Shown here piece by piece: positions 12,561 through 26,678 of a DNA stretch of 64,000 nucleotides (positions within the stretch are counted from its first letter, which is position 1; each line of letters begins with the position of its first letter). Position numbers and translations under genes: made by a program. Origin of the DNA: Haplodiscus bocki (Eukaryota); the NCBI GenBank assembly GCA_965655095.1, contig OZ296648.1, positions 155,930,001 through 155,994,000 of the forward strand, read 5' to 3'. The notes beneath the pieces are model-generated. The model did no database searches and had not been told where the DNA came from. It saw nothing but the letters and a program-made list of their open reading frames with translations.

Positions 12561-15500
12561 AAAGTCACCGCTGGGGGTGGGGAGATTGACTTCATCTCTC
12601 AAGAATTTTTAGGTTAATTGTTCAACAAATTTATCGCAATATCATCGATGAAAAGATGTCAACTCAAGACGTCAATGAAAGATCCCAGATTTGCTGTCCG
12701 AGCATGCAAAAGAATTATTTTTCTCTTAGGTCAATAAATCTTCGTCAAAATGGGTGATTTCTGCAGTGTTATTCAAACTGCATTGATAGTATTAGACCTC
12801 TGCTCAGAATACACCTTGAAATCCATCATAAATAGCAATTTGTCAGAAAACAACGTAATTTGCAGAAACAGCTAATACCGCGCCGATTTCTCTAGGATAC
12901 AGATACAATTTATATTTTGGACTAAGACAACGTCACATTTAAATTAGGAGGAATCAACTTTGCCAAAGACCAAATAAACCCCATCTGAACATCCAATACA
13001 TCGAAAAGAAATGCTTTCCAATAGTGCTGTTCCTCTAAATTTTATTCAACTATTTTCAAGTTTTCAAACCCAAGAAATAAACATTTAAAACAATTTAAAA
13101 ATTCAAAGCTCCAAGACATAACAATTCAAACATTCATTTCTAATCAAAACTTGCCGTTCAATATCGGTAGCAAGCGAAAGGAAAATGATATCCACTGTTT
13201 AAACTACTTTGTTCCGCCAAAAAGCAAATCATTGTATTAGAACAATCGTATTGCAACAATGAAGCTAGAGTTTACGATAACTTCTTCCTCAGAAAATTAC
13301 TCAAAAAAACCAGTCACAATAACAGAAAAATCAAACAAACTCGTCAGGTAAATAAGCGGATGAACGAATGCCCGCTGAAAGCCGAAGTGCGCCAAAAGCC
13401 GATATTGCATGAATATCAGGTGGTCGCAGTGCAACCAACGGTCTTCGAGAAAAAAAATTTGGAAAAAGACGCAAGTAATTAATTTTCGAATTTCAAAAGA
13501 GAAGTCAAAATATTTTGTGACTACAATGAAAAGTATAAAAAGAGACATGCCTGCTTTTTTAAGAGATTCCATATTGCAGGATTTGGAAAGAGCACTGGAT
13601 GGTTACAAACAGACCCTTTGCCTTCGAGAAAAATAACTGAAAAAAATATGGAAGAAATTTCAGATAACATGAGAAAATATTTCATGAGAAAATTACGGAA
13701 AAATCAAAACGGGGCAAACCCGTCTCTTGGCACATTCTTCATACTGCGAGACTCTGCATGGACGCAATCGAACCATTCGTTTTCTATAAACATAAAGCGT
13801 TCAATAAACGAAATGCCCGACTATATTATTGTGACCTATTTCTTCGGCTTCACAGACAGCTGAAAGACCAGTTTTAGTTGAAAAAATCGCTGCTCATTAA
13901 GTATCCTCGTGCTTAGGACAAAAGGGGCAAAACCTCCCCACCCTAACAGTACGGTGTGCCTTTCGAGTTTATTGAAAACAAGGGCCGGGTGAAAAGGTTC
14001 AAAGTCCAAGCCACACGCTAAGATATTTCAAGCCCAACTTATCAAAACGGACAACCCTACCTCTATAGACGTTTGTCCTAATGCTGGGCTTTTCCTGGGC
14101 ACTAGATGACCGCAATCCAACGAGTAGTTTCTCAGAAAAGACTTTGAAACGAGACGAAAGTTTGCAATTACAAAGTCAAAAAATTTCCTGTGTAAATTGA
14201 AAAAATGGACCCCCCTGCTTTGTCAAAAACAGTCCATATTGCGGTCTTTTGAGCAAACACTGGGTAACAGAACGCTAACCGGCAGTCTTGGAGCAAAATA
14301 TTGAGAAAAAGCGAAAGTAAAGACTTCGATCTTCACCCTACAAGTCGAGAATATTCGCGTGAAAGTTAGGGAACGGAGAAAACCCGGTTCTTCGTAAGTT
14401 TTCCATGGAGCAGGCTTTCGAATGAGTACTCGACTAATTCAACACGTAGTTCCCGAGGAAGGCCAATTTAAAATCCACAAGTAAAGACTTTCGCACTTCC
14501 AGCTACAGGTCCAGAAATTTTGTAAGAGAAGTATGCAACGGCATATCCCGGCTTCTTCAAGGATTCTCTAATTTGCTGGTTTTCGGTTCAGCATTGCATG
14601 GACGTACCCCTCAGATAGCCTTTCACGAAAATAAATTTCAAGACAAAGCTAGGAAAAACTCCAATTTCAAAGTATAAGTCGATAAACTTCGCGCCATAAG
14701 TTTGAAACCGAGTATTCCTGGTGCGACGCAGATTCTCGAAATTCAGAAAATTAAAATAAGCACTGATTGATAGCCATACTTCTAGTAGTTCTTGCGAAAA
14801 AGAATCTTGAAAAGACGCTACCAAAAATATTTCAAAATTCAAAATATTTCGCCAAGAATGAATAAAATGGGACATCCTTGTTACTCTGCAGATTCCCGAT
14901 GATGCGCATTAGTTATTGAACCATGGATGTTTTCATTGACAAAAAAATTTCGAAGAAATACAAAGAGAAAATGATTTTAGTGTCAAATATCACTTAGTTG
15001 ACACCATGTATTGAAGTTATCAAACAAAAAATTGCTTCGTAGTTTACTGCCTACTGATTTCTTATTTTCAATTCGTCATGCTTGCAAAGCAGGCAGCCCA
15101 AGCAGGCAAGACGTCAATTTCCAGACAAAACTTGACTACCGTATTGGTGAACAGTTTCGGATCGAGACAAAAAGTGATTGACGATTCTAATCCATACACT
15201 CACTAGTCGCCAGAGTAACACAGAGCCAAAGCGGAGCTCTGTAAAGCTGGCAAATCAAATCATCGACACAAATTTACAGCTCATTGAATAACTGAAACAT
15301 GCCAGGCAAAGTGTCAAAATCACTTCAGGATTTTTCACAGTGCAAAGTTCAATTCATCTTCCCAATTGTGGAAATGATACTTTTACATATGAGGTTTTAA
15401 GTTCGTCTTCGAAACCTCAACAAAACAAAGATGCACTAGGGTGCAAGGAGGCTTGCCCTCTGGCCAACAAGATTTCTGCGAAAAAGAGAAACATCAAAAA

Positions 15501-16712
15501 CCTGTTCAGAGTATTAAAACGTGCATTTTTATCCTATGTGATAATATTGTAGTCAAGAGGCTGACTTGCAGATTAAAGAAATTCTCAAACCTTAACCTTT
15601 TGTTATTTAATTCAGATGGATGCGTAGTTCATTTGAATTCCAAAAGAACCAGAAGCGAAAAGTCAACTACTTTTGCTAAAACTACCTTTTTATAGCAAAG
15701 AAATCAATGTTTCATGGTTGATTGAAAAGGATGTCCTGTCGACTGGTTTATATTGCACTTGCAACAAAGAAGCAGAATTAGAACGCCAAATAGCGAAGTT
15801 CCGCAGAAGTCGAATACCACCTCTTTCTCGGCGAACTTAAGCCATCGAAAACCTCAAAAATGAACTTCCAGCTCTATTGAGCTGTACTTATGTTTCTGCA
15901 ATGTTGAGCCAAACCAGTGGAAAAGAGCACTTGTTTGACTTAATTGCTAGAAAGTTGATATGGAAGGCAAAATGACGGAAATGGAAAAATCTTGTAATTA
16001 GCTATTTTTGGCCCACTTTTTTTGCGTCCAAAACACCATTCAAGGCATTGAAAAACCGCGATAACGAATGAAATCTGAAAACTCAAGAAGAGCAGTCTAG
16101 ATTTGTACTTCTTTATTGAATTACTTCGGAAAAGCAGCAATAAAATTTCCCCAAAGTCCTGGCAAAATCGGTAAATTAGCTACTTTTGGTGTGGCCTTTT
16201 TCAAAACGCGATCTTTCGAAAACTAAAAACCACAGAAATTAACGCTTCCTGTTGACTCATACTTGATGAGTAAATAGGAAGATGATTCATGAGACAAAAG
16301 ACCGAAAGTTGCGGTACATAAAGCAAAATACAACATAAAATAATAGCGCTGTTTCCAAAAAAAACCACACTTTTTCAGAAAGTATACGCTGCTATTATTT
16401 TCCTTGATTCTTCGCGAAAAGTTGACTTGGTAGGGAAAATAGTGCAATTCGGGTGCACGTAGTAAAACTTACTGTTAATGATCGAAAATTTAGCTCAATT
16501 TCGAAAATTATAACAGTTCTTTCGGTAACATTTCGCAATCTCTGCGATAATAGTTGATGTTGATAAATTTCAGATAAATTCAATTTTGAGTGAATTTGCA
16601 AAAAAAACCTCGAAGCAGAAAACAGATCGCTTTCCCCAATAGAGGAATTAGTTCGTTTTACCAAAAAAGATGCCTAAATGAGGAAAATGAAAGCATCGAA
16701 TGAAATAACTTT

Positions 16713-16801
16713 TGGTCGAGATGGGATTCGAACCCGCCCGGATGCTTGTTGGAACAGAGCGCACGTGGCGGTCATCATTAAACACTACGCCAAGAAGTAG
16801 C
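16713..16801 (-). other. tRNA-derived sequence (SINE head or tRNA pseudogene)
   Basis: The minus strand has A-box-like TGGCGTAGTGT and B-box GGTTCGAATCC and ends in ...GACCA, but the cloverleaf stems do not pair well. Confidence 0.55.
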
Positions 16802-17282
16802 TTCTTGTCCAGTTACAAGTCAAATTCATCCCACTGATTATCTTGTACGAGTTGTGAACGTTACGACAAAAAAAGCACGTTGATCGTAATAAGCAAGCGT
16901 TGCCAGCTTCAAAAGTTCAAATAAGTCACGAAGGCGCCGTTAGTTTCTTCGCAAAGATTGTACCACAAATCTCTAATAGCCACTAAATCTGAAAACGGGT
17001 GAAAATGGTTGTAGCATCACACATGCAAAGATCAGGGTAATTTAACGCTTTATTGTGACCCATCATTGTGTTTTTGCTGCTGTTTCTTACAAACAAGCAT
17101 ATTAGACGTGCATGCAGTAAAGCTGACAGCCACACATCTGTCATTTAGAGCAGTGTAAGCCATACAGCTGGCTGCCTTACTTGAACAACAGACCTGAAGT
17201 GAGCAACCGCTGTCGTAACCAAAGTAACAAGTCACCAAGTTACTTTACAATTCAGACGTTTACATTTTCAAACTACATGTCT

Positions 17283-17587
17283 GGACTAGTCGGCGGCACC
17301 CAAATGGTTCAAAATACTCATAGAGCGCAGTTGATTTTGATCATTGAAAAAAATTGTATTTCGGTATAAATTTTGGTATAAAATGTGAGAAAACTTACAG
17401 CTGAGGCTGGAATTCGAACCGGATACCTGTCAATTTTTTTTAATTTTAAAAGGGGATATCACAATTTTTTTTCGAGAAGAGGTAGATTTTTGATTACGTT
17501 TCTGGTAAAATATAAAATATACCGGGTTTCGAACCCTTGGCCTGCGGCGTACGGACCCTTCTGGTCTAACCACTAAGCCATATAACG
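17283..17587 (-). mobile_element. tRNA-headed interspersed element (SINE-like) with repeated B-box-like modules; second copy at ~24440-24740
   Basis: The minus-strand head has A box TGGCTTAGTGG and B box GGTTCGAAACCC (17587-17520). The body 17310-17480 aligns colinearly with 24458-24625 (aaaatactca..gcagttgattttgat..tggtataaaatgtgagaaaac..gctgg.attcga). Confidence 0.65.
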
Positions 17588-20500
17588 TATTAAAAATATA
17601 TAGCTTATACCGGGGTCTAAGCCCCCCGACCAGTATTTCCGGACTTTCTTGCTCTTCCTATTAGCCCATTTACAATGAAAACAAATTTGATGCTTCCGCT
17701 GACAGATTTGATCAAATTTGATTTGATTCGAACCATCAAATCTATCAATACAAGTCACTAAAAGAAAACGAAAAGTCACGCCAGTAGTCGGGCTTTCTAA
17801 AACGCGCTGACTAAAAAGGGTTAGTAACTATACTTTGCATTTTTTCGGCTTTGACATTCACAGGAGATTTAAAAAATTTGAAACTGAAAAACCGAATTCA
17901 GTTAATGATGTGAAAGAAAAACAGTTGTTTCAAAAATCGGCATCGCTCAAATCAATCTACACATATTCGGCTTCTGATGAAGCCTCAAATGGAAAAACAC
18001 TCGAGGGTCAAGGAAAACACTTTGAAAATAAGAACTTCGACGACATGCCCATTATAAAGATATGGAAGTGAAAGCAATACTTTGTGAGCCCTGGACGAAA
18101 AAAAATTCAATGGGTAGTTGAACATTAAAAATGAAAATGACTGAATACGACAGCAATTGCTGCTGAAGTAATCTTTCTAAGAACATTATCAAAAAAAATA
18201 TATGTCCATCATTTCCGGAAAATATTGAATGTCAAAACGTACTCCATTCCAATTAGTCTAAATGGAACACACTTTCGATTATGACGTAGTTTAGAAGACT
18301 CCAGCACCTGGTTAAAGAAAAAATCCATTCATAACTGTGGAAAAAATCGAAGTCCCAGTAAAAATATTGATAGATCTCTCGATTATGCCTTGGATGAAAG
18401 TTGGAAGGTAGTTTCAGAGAACTATTTTGAAAAACAAATTGACAACAAACGCTGTCGCAGCAATGTTTCGAACGCCACTTTCCCAAAATGGAACCAAAAT
18501 CGGAAAACCACCTCTCCTAAATGAACCTACACATGGGAAGTTATTAATTATGCCATCAAAGAAAAGATTTGAAAAGTTAGTTTAAGAGAGAAAAAACATT
18601 TGGAGAAATGACTAAAATCGATATCAAAAGTATGTACAGCGAAATTTGGACCAAAATAATTAAAACCAAGACAACTTCTTCCAGTTGAATGAATTTAAAT
18701 AAAATAACCTGTAGATCCTGCCGTAACTCAAAAGAACTGAGAAGTTCCATTAGGAGAGAAGATTCGAATAAGAAATTTGACATCATACGCATGAGCCGTG
18801 TTGTTTTTATATTTAACGCCATATTATTATTAAACATCTTTTTAAAAACATGGATGGAATTATTGAACGGTTCCAGTTAACAGAATACAGATTACAAAGC
18901 TGTCGATTAGGTCGTGATTGCTAAGTTAGGATGAAAAACAATTTGAAATTTGACTGACACTAGCATCGTATGCTTTTCTGGTAATCTTTGGGACAAAATT
19001 TTTGGAAAATGGAACAAAATCCAGAAAAACTGTTTCACTCGGATGAGGTGAACATTACCGACAAAAAGCCTTCGATCACATCAGGAACCAAAAGAAATGA
19101 GCGGGTAATCCAATGGAGAAAGCATTTCGAAGATCGACCTCATATGCACGAGCAGCAACATTTGGACCATAATTTCTAGAAAATGGATCAAAATCAGGAC
19201 ACAGCCTCTCAGCTCAATGAAAAACATATAAAATGCTGTCCAGTAAGCCGTAAAGGAACACAAGTGAGCGGGTAAAATAAGGGAGCATTAGGAAATTTGA
19301 CTGAAGTTGCCATGATATGCATAGGTAGCATTGTTTGGAGAGACTGAAAACACCTGGAACCAAGATCGGAGACGTGATTGACATTTTACAGTTGAGAGGC
19401 CAACGCTCAAAAAACTTGTGCTTAAAAGAAATAGAAAAAAAGCATCTACTATGTTTCTTGAATATGTCGTTTTGCACAGTTTAGGTGGCACTAACATTTT
19501 TTGCTAATGTCAGAAAATGCTAGTCTTGAACGAGACAATAAAACGTCAAGGATGTTAGGCACTAAGCGAATTTAGAAAAAAAATGAAATCAGAATTTATT
19601 CAGATCTCCGCGAGGAAAAAAACCAACTGGGATAATTCAGCGAAAATTCAAATATGCCGAACATCCAAGGCGTCGGAAATTTCGCAACGTTTCAAAAAAA
19701 ACTCCACGCTTTATATATTTCGCAATTTTAGACGCTTTGAGAATCAACAATTTTTCGACGCGATAAAAGGTCATCACTTTGGAAAAGCAGAAAATAAAAA
19801 ACAAATCTAATAAACAAATTTGAGAACATTTGATATTTAAGAGTAACACTCAGTACCACTAGTTGAAATCGAAAAGTAAAGAGCGATGAGTTGAGTTCGA
19901 ATAACTTGAGGAATCCAGAGTAAAAAAAAAACGAAAGAAAGCCAATAACTACTGTGCCCCCCTCAGTCGGTTTGGAAAGTCCCAACAACACATAGGCACC
20001 TAGAAAGAAAGTCATGAAGCACAAATAAATTAGACTAATGAAACTTAGAATTCCGCAGAAAAATCCCATCGTATTGAAAACCTGCACAATAATCAATGCG
20101 TCGAAAAATCCGGCAGATACAATTGTCTACTGGTCAAAATCGACGCTTTGAGAAGTTTGCAGTTTTTCCAAAATTTGGGAATTAACAAACTTTCAGACAA
20201 CACGCGATGAATGGTCACCATTCTGAAGAAGCGAAAAACAAGATGCTAATTATTGTGACAAATCGATAATATTCAAATCTAAGTAGATGATAGGGAGGAA
20301 CCATTGCGGTTCAATTTAGCTATCAGATTTGCCTAGTCGGTCAACCACGAAGACGTTTGCGAAGTGCGAAAAAAACTATCTCTAGGCATTAGGTTTCATT
20401 TACTGACCAAAACAAGCGGTGCAGTTGCACCGCAAAACTTTCCGTAAAGGGGGTAAAGAAATGAATAATGGAATAAATAACGTGATTTTCGATCGACACC

Positions 20501-21419
20501 TCGTCGGAAGAACTGAAGATTCATTTTTTCTTGATTGATTCTCTAGTTTGTAAGTTTATATTACACTCAGTCATTGATAAAATAGTTTCAGAGTGGCGAG
20601 AGCAGCGTTATTTCGCAGAAGAGCTTTAGAAAACTATGACTTCGTATACCAATAAAAAAACAACAACAGTTGAACTTTTCGGATTTTTCCGCCTACCATG
20701 ATAATTCTGTTGACTGTGCATAAAACAAGCAATTTGATGAGGAAGACCCTTCTACAGATAAAAAGCAATCCCTCATTACCTTGATGGAGGAAGTGAAACC
20801 AACAGTTGTGGAAAAGTGAGAAATTGAGTTATAGTCGTTTTTTGGAACTTTTGGACTATCAGGATTTCGACGCAAAGATCATAACTCATCATATCCTATC
20901 GAATATTCTTCCTCAACTGAAGAGGTGACACTTGAGTACTTGAGGGAAGAACTTAAGCTCGTGGTAATCGAAAAAAAAATGATTTCCGAAACCTACCGGC
21001 ATTTACTGATAACACTTTAAGCATTTTCGGCCGTTCACGAAACGGTAGCCAAGAAAAACCACACGCATTAACGGCTCAGTGCTGGGCTCTCGCGAACTTC
21101 CCAAAAACAAAGAAATCGTGCCATCACCATTTATATCGAACCTCGGTGCTTTACGGATTCGATATAAATCTACGCTTTTGAAGTATTGAAGATAAATTGA
21201 TTTCAATGTTTCAATAAAATCTGACAGCAACTATAACTGTGTGATAAACTGGAGCAACTTTGTTACTGCAGTGCTAAATCGGCCTCAATCTCAGTCCTTG
21301 CTTCTGCTTCCCGGATAGAGGACTAAAGATTCACAAAACACTCAAACGGCCAATGAAACTTGATCTCCAAGTAGGTTTCGTTAAGATTATATCGACAATT
21401 TTCAGATCCAAAAAAAATT

Positions 21420-21960
21420 GGTATAAAAAAAGCCGCCTTGTCGCAATAACTGAGAATTTTAGTATTTTTTCAACCTTAATTGCCCCAAGATGGTGAAATT
21501 TGACAAAAAGTAAAATCAACAGAATTTGCTCGGTTATCACGTTCTGTCGCCAAAACAACCAAGCAAAAAATGCCTCACCTCAACAAGAAACTGAAAAATA
21601 GGAGTCTCCTTGTTATTCTACAGATATGCAGGCATTTTGGAGCCCTACATGGAAAAAAACGCCCTATAATATGACAAATTTGGTCAAATTGGCCAGTATT
21701 AGATCGATTTTCAAATTTCTTTCGGACAAAAAAACTTCGAAAAAACGTCGGGCCGCAACCGAAAAGTAGTGAGTAATAGAAAAGTCTCCTCGTTCAGCCT
21801 GTGCAACATTCAGGCAATTTGGAGCCTCACATGCGGGAATAAAAGGCTTATAATTTGACGTTGGTCAAATTGGTCAAAATTTGTTCGGTTTTGAAGTTTC
21901 TATCGCAAAGAAAACAATCGAAAATTTATAATTTATCGGACCGCAATCAAAAGTATCGGA
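21420..21960. repeat. Three diverged ~180-bp tandem monomers
   Basis: 'agtctcct.gtt...caggca.tttggagcc..acatg...tataat.tgac...ttggtcaaattgg' occurs at ~21603 and ~21783, with a more decayed copy from ~21425. Confidence 0.65.
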
Positions 21961-22986
21961 ATTTTAGAGAAAAATTTTGGGCAGGGTTGTCAAAGCTGCC
22001 TTCTGCGTGTCCGGAGGAAAATTTTGGTTTAAAAAGTTCATAATTTTATGGGACTTTGAGCGAAAAATTTTCGAATCGGGATTGTCAGAACTGAATTTTA
22101 CGAGTCCAAAGGAACAATTTGAGGTTCCAAAAACATGTTCACTCCGAATTGGCAAAATATTCGGAGAAAAAATGAACCTACTGAAGGAAATATTTTCCTT
22201 TCGTAAAATATTTTGACGGAAAATAAGAAGGAAAAATTAAAATCTATACGCATGAAGTTTCAATTAATAGAAATTATGCATTTTAGAACCCTCTCTAATT
22301 TGGGCCCCATTACCAGATTTGTGATTGCGCCTCTCCCAATAAAACTTCTTGCACTTGCGGTCACTAGAATAGCTAAGTGTAAAGTCAACTGTCGGCACTG
22401 TCTCAAGCTGAAGAATTGGATTGTTTTTACCAATTACAAAATTTTTCATATTTTGAGTGATAAAAATAGGCACATGATGATCCTTTTTACATTCAAGTTT
22501 CAAGGTTTAAGTATCTATAAGTATCTAATTGCTCACCATGCATTAAGATAAACGCTGAATACGGCTAATTTTTCAATTGCGGTGAAATGTACTTTGGGTG
22601 AAAAGGGTCTTGGAGCGAAATGTCTTGAAACCATCTATTTACACTGGTTCTCAGATCTAACGCGTGGATACTTCAAAACTATTTTCTGTTCATACATTCT
22701 CCAGCGCGTAAGGTGGACACTGAACTATTTATTCAATGTTTTTGAAAAACATATATTGCATTCTAACAAACAATTCGATTTTTGAACATGCGTGAGTTTT
22801 CTTGTGGTACATTTCTTACTGTTTTTGAAAAATTTGACTAACTTAATCTACTTATTCTATTTCGAGCAGTATCAGGGAACTTTTCCAAGCTCAGGCACTG
22901 CTAATATCGCGGGCGACTCAGTTGTGCAATTCATGCAATGGTTAGCATCTAACTGATTACGACTCTGACACACATCGATGAGATCT

Positions 22987-24356
22987 TCAATTGAATAGGG
23001 CGTTTTCCTCCAAATCCGCAACGTGCATTGACTCCACTAGCAAATTACGAGACCCACTTTTGCGCTTGTTCTTCAGCCGAGATGCTAACTTTCGAATAAA
23101 CGACACTTTACCCAGAATGGCATCTCTTCCTGCTAAATTTGGAGATCTATAATTAGGTTCACTACTGTGATGCCGCTCATTAGTAATACAATTGGAACGA
23201 AGGAAACTGCTATAGCTTTAAAACATGGCTTGAACGTTCCGCTCATAAACCGAAGATGTTACGTTATGCAAGTCTTGCAGCTTATGTAATGATTATCCAA
23301 CAAAAAAATAACGTCGAAAGCAAACGTTATCACGACAAACCCAGATCTGATTTAGGTTTGAGCCAAATCATAGAGAAAACAAGAGAGTTTACGCTATACT
23401 AATTAGAATGTGAAATATATTTAGCTTTATTCTGATAGTAATCAGTGATTTCCAAATCGCTGATTATTGGAATCAATGAAAAATACCATACCGTATGTAT
23501 GAGCTGATTGGGAGCCAAATAAACCAGTAACAACTCTAGGTATCAATTGTGAAGAAATAATTTAAATTTGATGCAAAGTCAATGCGCTTTTTCATCTTAT
23601 TTAAATTTGAATTCAAAATGACTTTTCAAATCGATAACCGTCAGCCAACGCTTTCCTCATACAGACTGTAAATTAAGCTTTCAGACACCCGGACGACGAT
23701 TGCGTAACTTTAATCCCCGGAGTTTGTTGCCATTTCTCTAGTAAACAGGCTTGATAATTTCAAATTCAATATACATGTATCTCAAGAAGTATACCTATAA
23801 AAAACTCTCATTATATAAAAGACATGAAACTGAAAGAGTGAATTACTTTCAATAACATTTCCAAACCTCTGGGAAGAATGAGAAAGCTATTCATTTCAAA
23901 ACAGTCATTCACAATTTGTCATCTAGCCAGATGCGGATTTCTTTCCACGTTTGTTAACTTTATTCTGTGAACAAAACATCACACAAGCTTTAACACGGGC
24001 AGCCTTTGCCATAACCTTGCTATGGAGATAACTCTTTCCGGTTTGGTAAGCCAGTCTGTTTGCTCTTCGTGGCCCGGTCGAAGAAACTACCTGTCTTTTG
24101 CACTTTCCACTGGGGTATTGAGTCTTTCGAACAAACACAATTTTGTCCTTCTTGTTCGCGATGATGAGCTGCTTATTTTGAATGAAACCCACTTGAGATC
24201 GTCTGTTGACATTCTTGATGGAACCGGGATCCAAGGACATATCCAGTTTGGGAACCTTCTGACTTCGACGATAGCAGTTTGTTTTAGCAACAATGCTCCA
24301 GACCAAACTGGAATTGTTATTGGCAACAGGAGGACTTTTTCGAACCATAGGGCTAT
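22987..24356 (-). CDS. Possible exons of an unidentified host gene (24356 to ~23950; terminal exon 23129-22987)
   Basis: Three overlapping >110-aa ORFs at 23923-24459 in AT-rich DNA, acceptor TTCTTCCAG| at 24357, and a second acceptor TTTAGCAG| at 23130 opening 46 codons to TGA. No recognisable domain or strong donor. Confidence 0.25.
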
Positions 24357-24439
24357 CTGGAAGAACAAATTTATTGAACAAAGAATAATGTTATTCAGAG
24401 AATCAAGAAATTTTATAGCAAAACAAGCCAAGAATGGCC

Positions 24440-24740
24440 AGAGTCGGCGTTGCCCGTAAAATACTCAAAGGACGCAGTTGATTTTGATGTTGGAAAAAAA
24501 TTACTTTTTGGAATAAATCTTGGTATAAAATGTGAGAAAACAAAACTTAAGCTGGGATTCGACTCCGCTACTTGTCCATTCGGTAGATTTTATAAGGGGC
24601 ATCACGAAAAATTTTCGAGAACAGGTTCAAAATAATTTTTGAAAACAGGTGGAATTTTGGTATAAATTCCATATCAATAAAAAACAATGCTTATGCTAGA
24701 ATTCAAACCAACTACCTGGCGATTCGGTAGGCTATATACG
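24440..24740 (-). mobile_element. Second copy of the SINE-like element seen at 17283-17587
   Basis: Colinear similarity with 17290-17500; antisense B-box-like modules at ~24551 and ~24695. Confidence 0.6.
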
Positions 24741-24889
24741 TGGGGTATATTGAGGAAAAAATCATAAATTTTACATAAGGGCGTATGACGGGTAGACATT
24801 TTTTGTATAGTTTCAGTATTAAAAGTTTTGCCGAAAAACTTAGACCACGATGTACTACATTTATGTTCAAACCAGAGTTTTTTCTTGGC

Positions 24890-25260
24890 TACACAAAAAG
24901 GAAGTTCAGCAAACCCTCGATTATCCATCACTCGATTCTCCGCTGCCATTCGCGCTGGGAGACCAAATTGGTGTATAATCGAGTGATTGATATTCGAGGA
25001 ACAACCAGATACTACGATTAATTTTTCGTAACCATAATTAGATTGGCAAGAAAACTCAGTCTACGAAAAAGATATTCAGTAAACTCTCGATTATCCGCCC
25101 ATATTCGAGAATTGCCAGACCTACTTGGCAAAAATCCGAGTGGCGGATATTCCACTGAAAGCCAGATACTCAAGCAGTCTTTCGAAACCATACAAATCAG
25201 GAATAAAACTTATGTATTCTGAAAGAAGTTCAGTACTCACATGATTTCCCACTAAAAGTT
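24890..25260. repeat. Short tandem array (~165-bp period) containing a pogo/Tigger-like TIR motif
   Basis: 'ttcagcaaaccctcgattatcc' (24905), 'ttcagtaaactctcgattatccg' (25075) and 'ttcagtactcacatgatttccc' (25229), each followed by similar 'ccagatact' blocks. Confidence 0.5.
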
Positions 25261-25462
25261 AAGAATTTCGATAGAAACAAGCAACTTTCCTTCAATTGTG
25301 GCGCCAACTTTTATAGCGAGTGCGTTGGTGGCATTTTGTTGGCAGGACTTTTGAATTTTACGACAACAATTTTCACTAAGAGTGGGTGGATTCGAAGCGA
25401 TAAGTGCGTCTTACGAAACGTAGCCATTGTAATAAACGGCTTTTTTCAAAACGCCGAAAAAG

Positions 25463-26460
25463 AGTAGCTCAACTAAATGATGAAAAAAAATCCCGTGAAA
25501 ACTCTCATGAAGTTTTTACAGTAGCGTTTATTATTTCACTTATGATGTATACAAAGTTTTAAAAGGAACTCAATTTCCCCAACAAACACAATATTCATAA
25601 ACAAGATCGCATCTTTAGAAACTTGGAACAATACACAAAAATGGAAACGAAATTTAAAAAACGACTTAGATTTAATTGGAAGCGGGATGAGGTGAAAAGT
25701 AGCATAGATGACATTAGAAGCCGGATGAAGTATGATTGGGGCGATATGGGAAGCAAGATACTATGAGGATCATGGAAGTGGAATGTAAGGGTTGATATTG
25801 GAAGCTGAAAAAAATGACGATAATGGAAGCGGGATTTGATGGACGATCTTGGAAGCGGGATGATATTGCAGTGCGAAAGCGCGATAGCATAGATTTAACT
25901 AGAAGCAAGATATAATGGATATTGGAAGCTAAATACTAGAGATTTAATTGGAAGCGGATTATATTGGGGACGGGATATATTGGAAGTTGATTATGATGGA
26001 CCATGCTGCAAGCAGGACAACCAAGAATTGTTTGGAAGCAGGATTTATTGAAAGATATTGGAAGCAGGATAAAATGCTTGATAATGGAAGCCGGATATTA
26101 TAGGTTTATTTGGAAGCTGGATAAGATGTGGACGTAGGATTTAAAAAAATTGATATGAAAGTTGATTAAAAAAGGATGACATTAGAAAGTGCATGATAGT
26201 GGAATCTGGATGATATTCAAACCTGGATTTCTTGGATATCATTGGAACGAAAATTCTAATGAAGCATGATGGGTGATATCGGAAGCCAAATATGATTTGT
26301 AGAAGTTGGATGATAATGGAAGCTGTATACGTTGAAGGAAAGCGAGGATGATTTTTGGAAGTGATATGAAAAAGGAAGCTTGATGATGTGGCTGTAATTG
26401 AAAGCAGGACAAGATGAGGTTACTGGAAGCAGAATACGATGATTGATAATGGAAGTCATT
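25463..26460 (+). repeat. Left TIR of Polinton-1, with internal ~20-nt 'tggaagcgggat' minisatellite
   Basis: 25666 'ttagatttaattggaagcgggatgaggtgaaaagtagcatagatgac' matches the reverse complement of 44437-44484 'catagattcaattggaagcgggataaggtggaaggtaatatagatgac'. The match continues outward to 'actctcatgaagtttttacagtagcgtttatt'. Confidence 0.88.
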
Positions 26461-26678
26461 GAAAACTATTAGAGATGTAATTTGAAACAGAATAAAATGG
26501 TCACTTCCGATAAGTTATTTACACTGCAGCTATTATAAGAATTGGTGAGCTACTGTTTTATCGGCATTACGAAATTCTATAATCTTGAGAAACAAGAAAA
26601 AACCAGGCATTTACTAAGACTGGAGCGAATAAAAAAGACGACTTCTAATCACAATTTTCGATACAGTTGAAGAATAGA

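Noticed and set aside
15090-15900. Possible decayed transposase (SDGC-like motif)
   Set aside because: A single short motif with no supporting context.
16713-17587. Functional tRNA genes
   Set aside because: Acceptor and anticodon stems do not pair; treated as tRNA-derived repeats.
25670-26460. CRISPR-like repeat appearance
   Set aside because: The repeats are short and degenerate, lack unique spacers, have no cas genes nearby, and sit in a eukaryotic context; explained as TIR.
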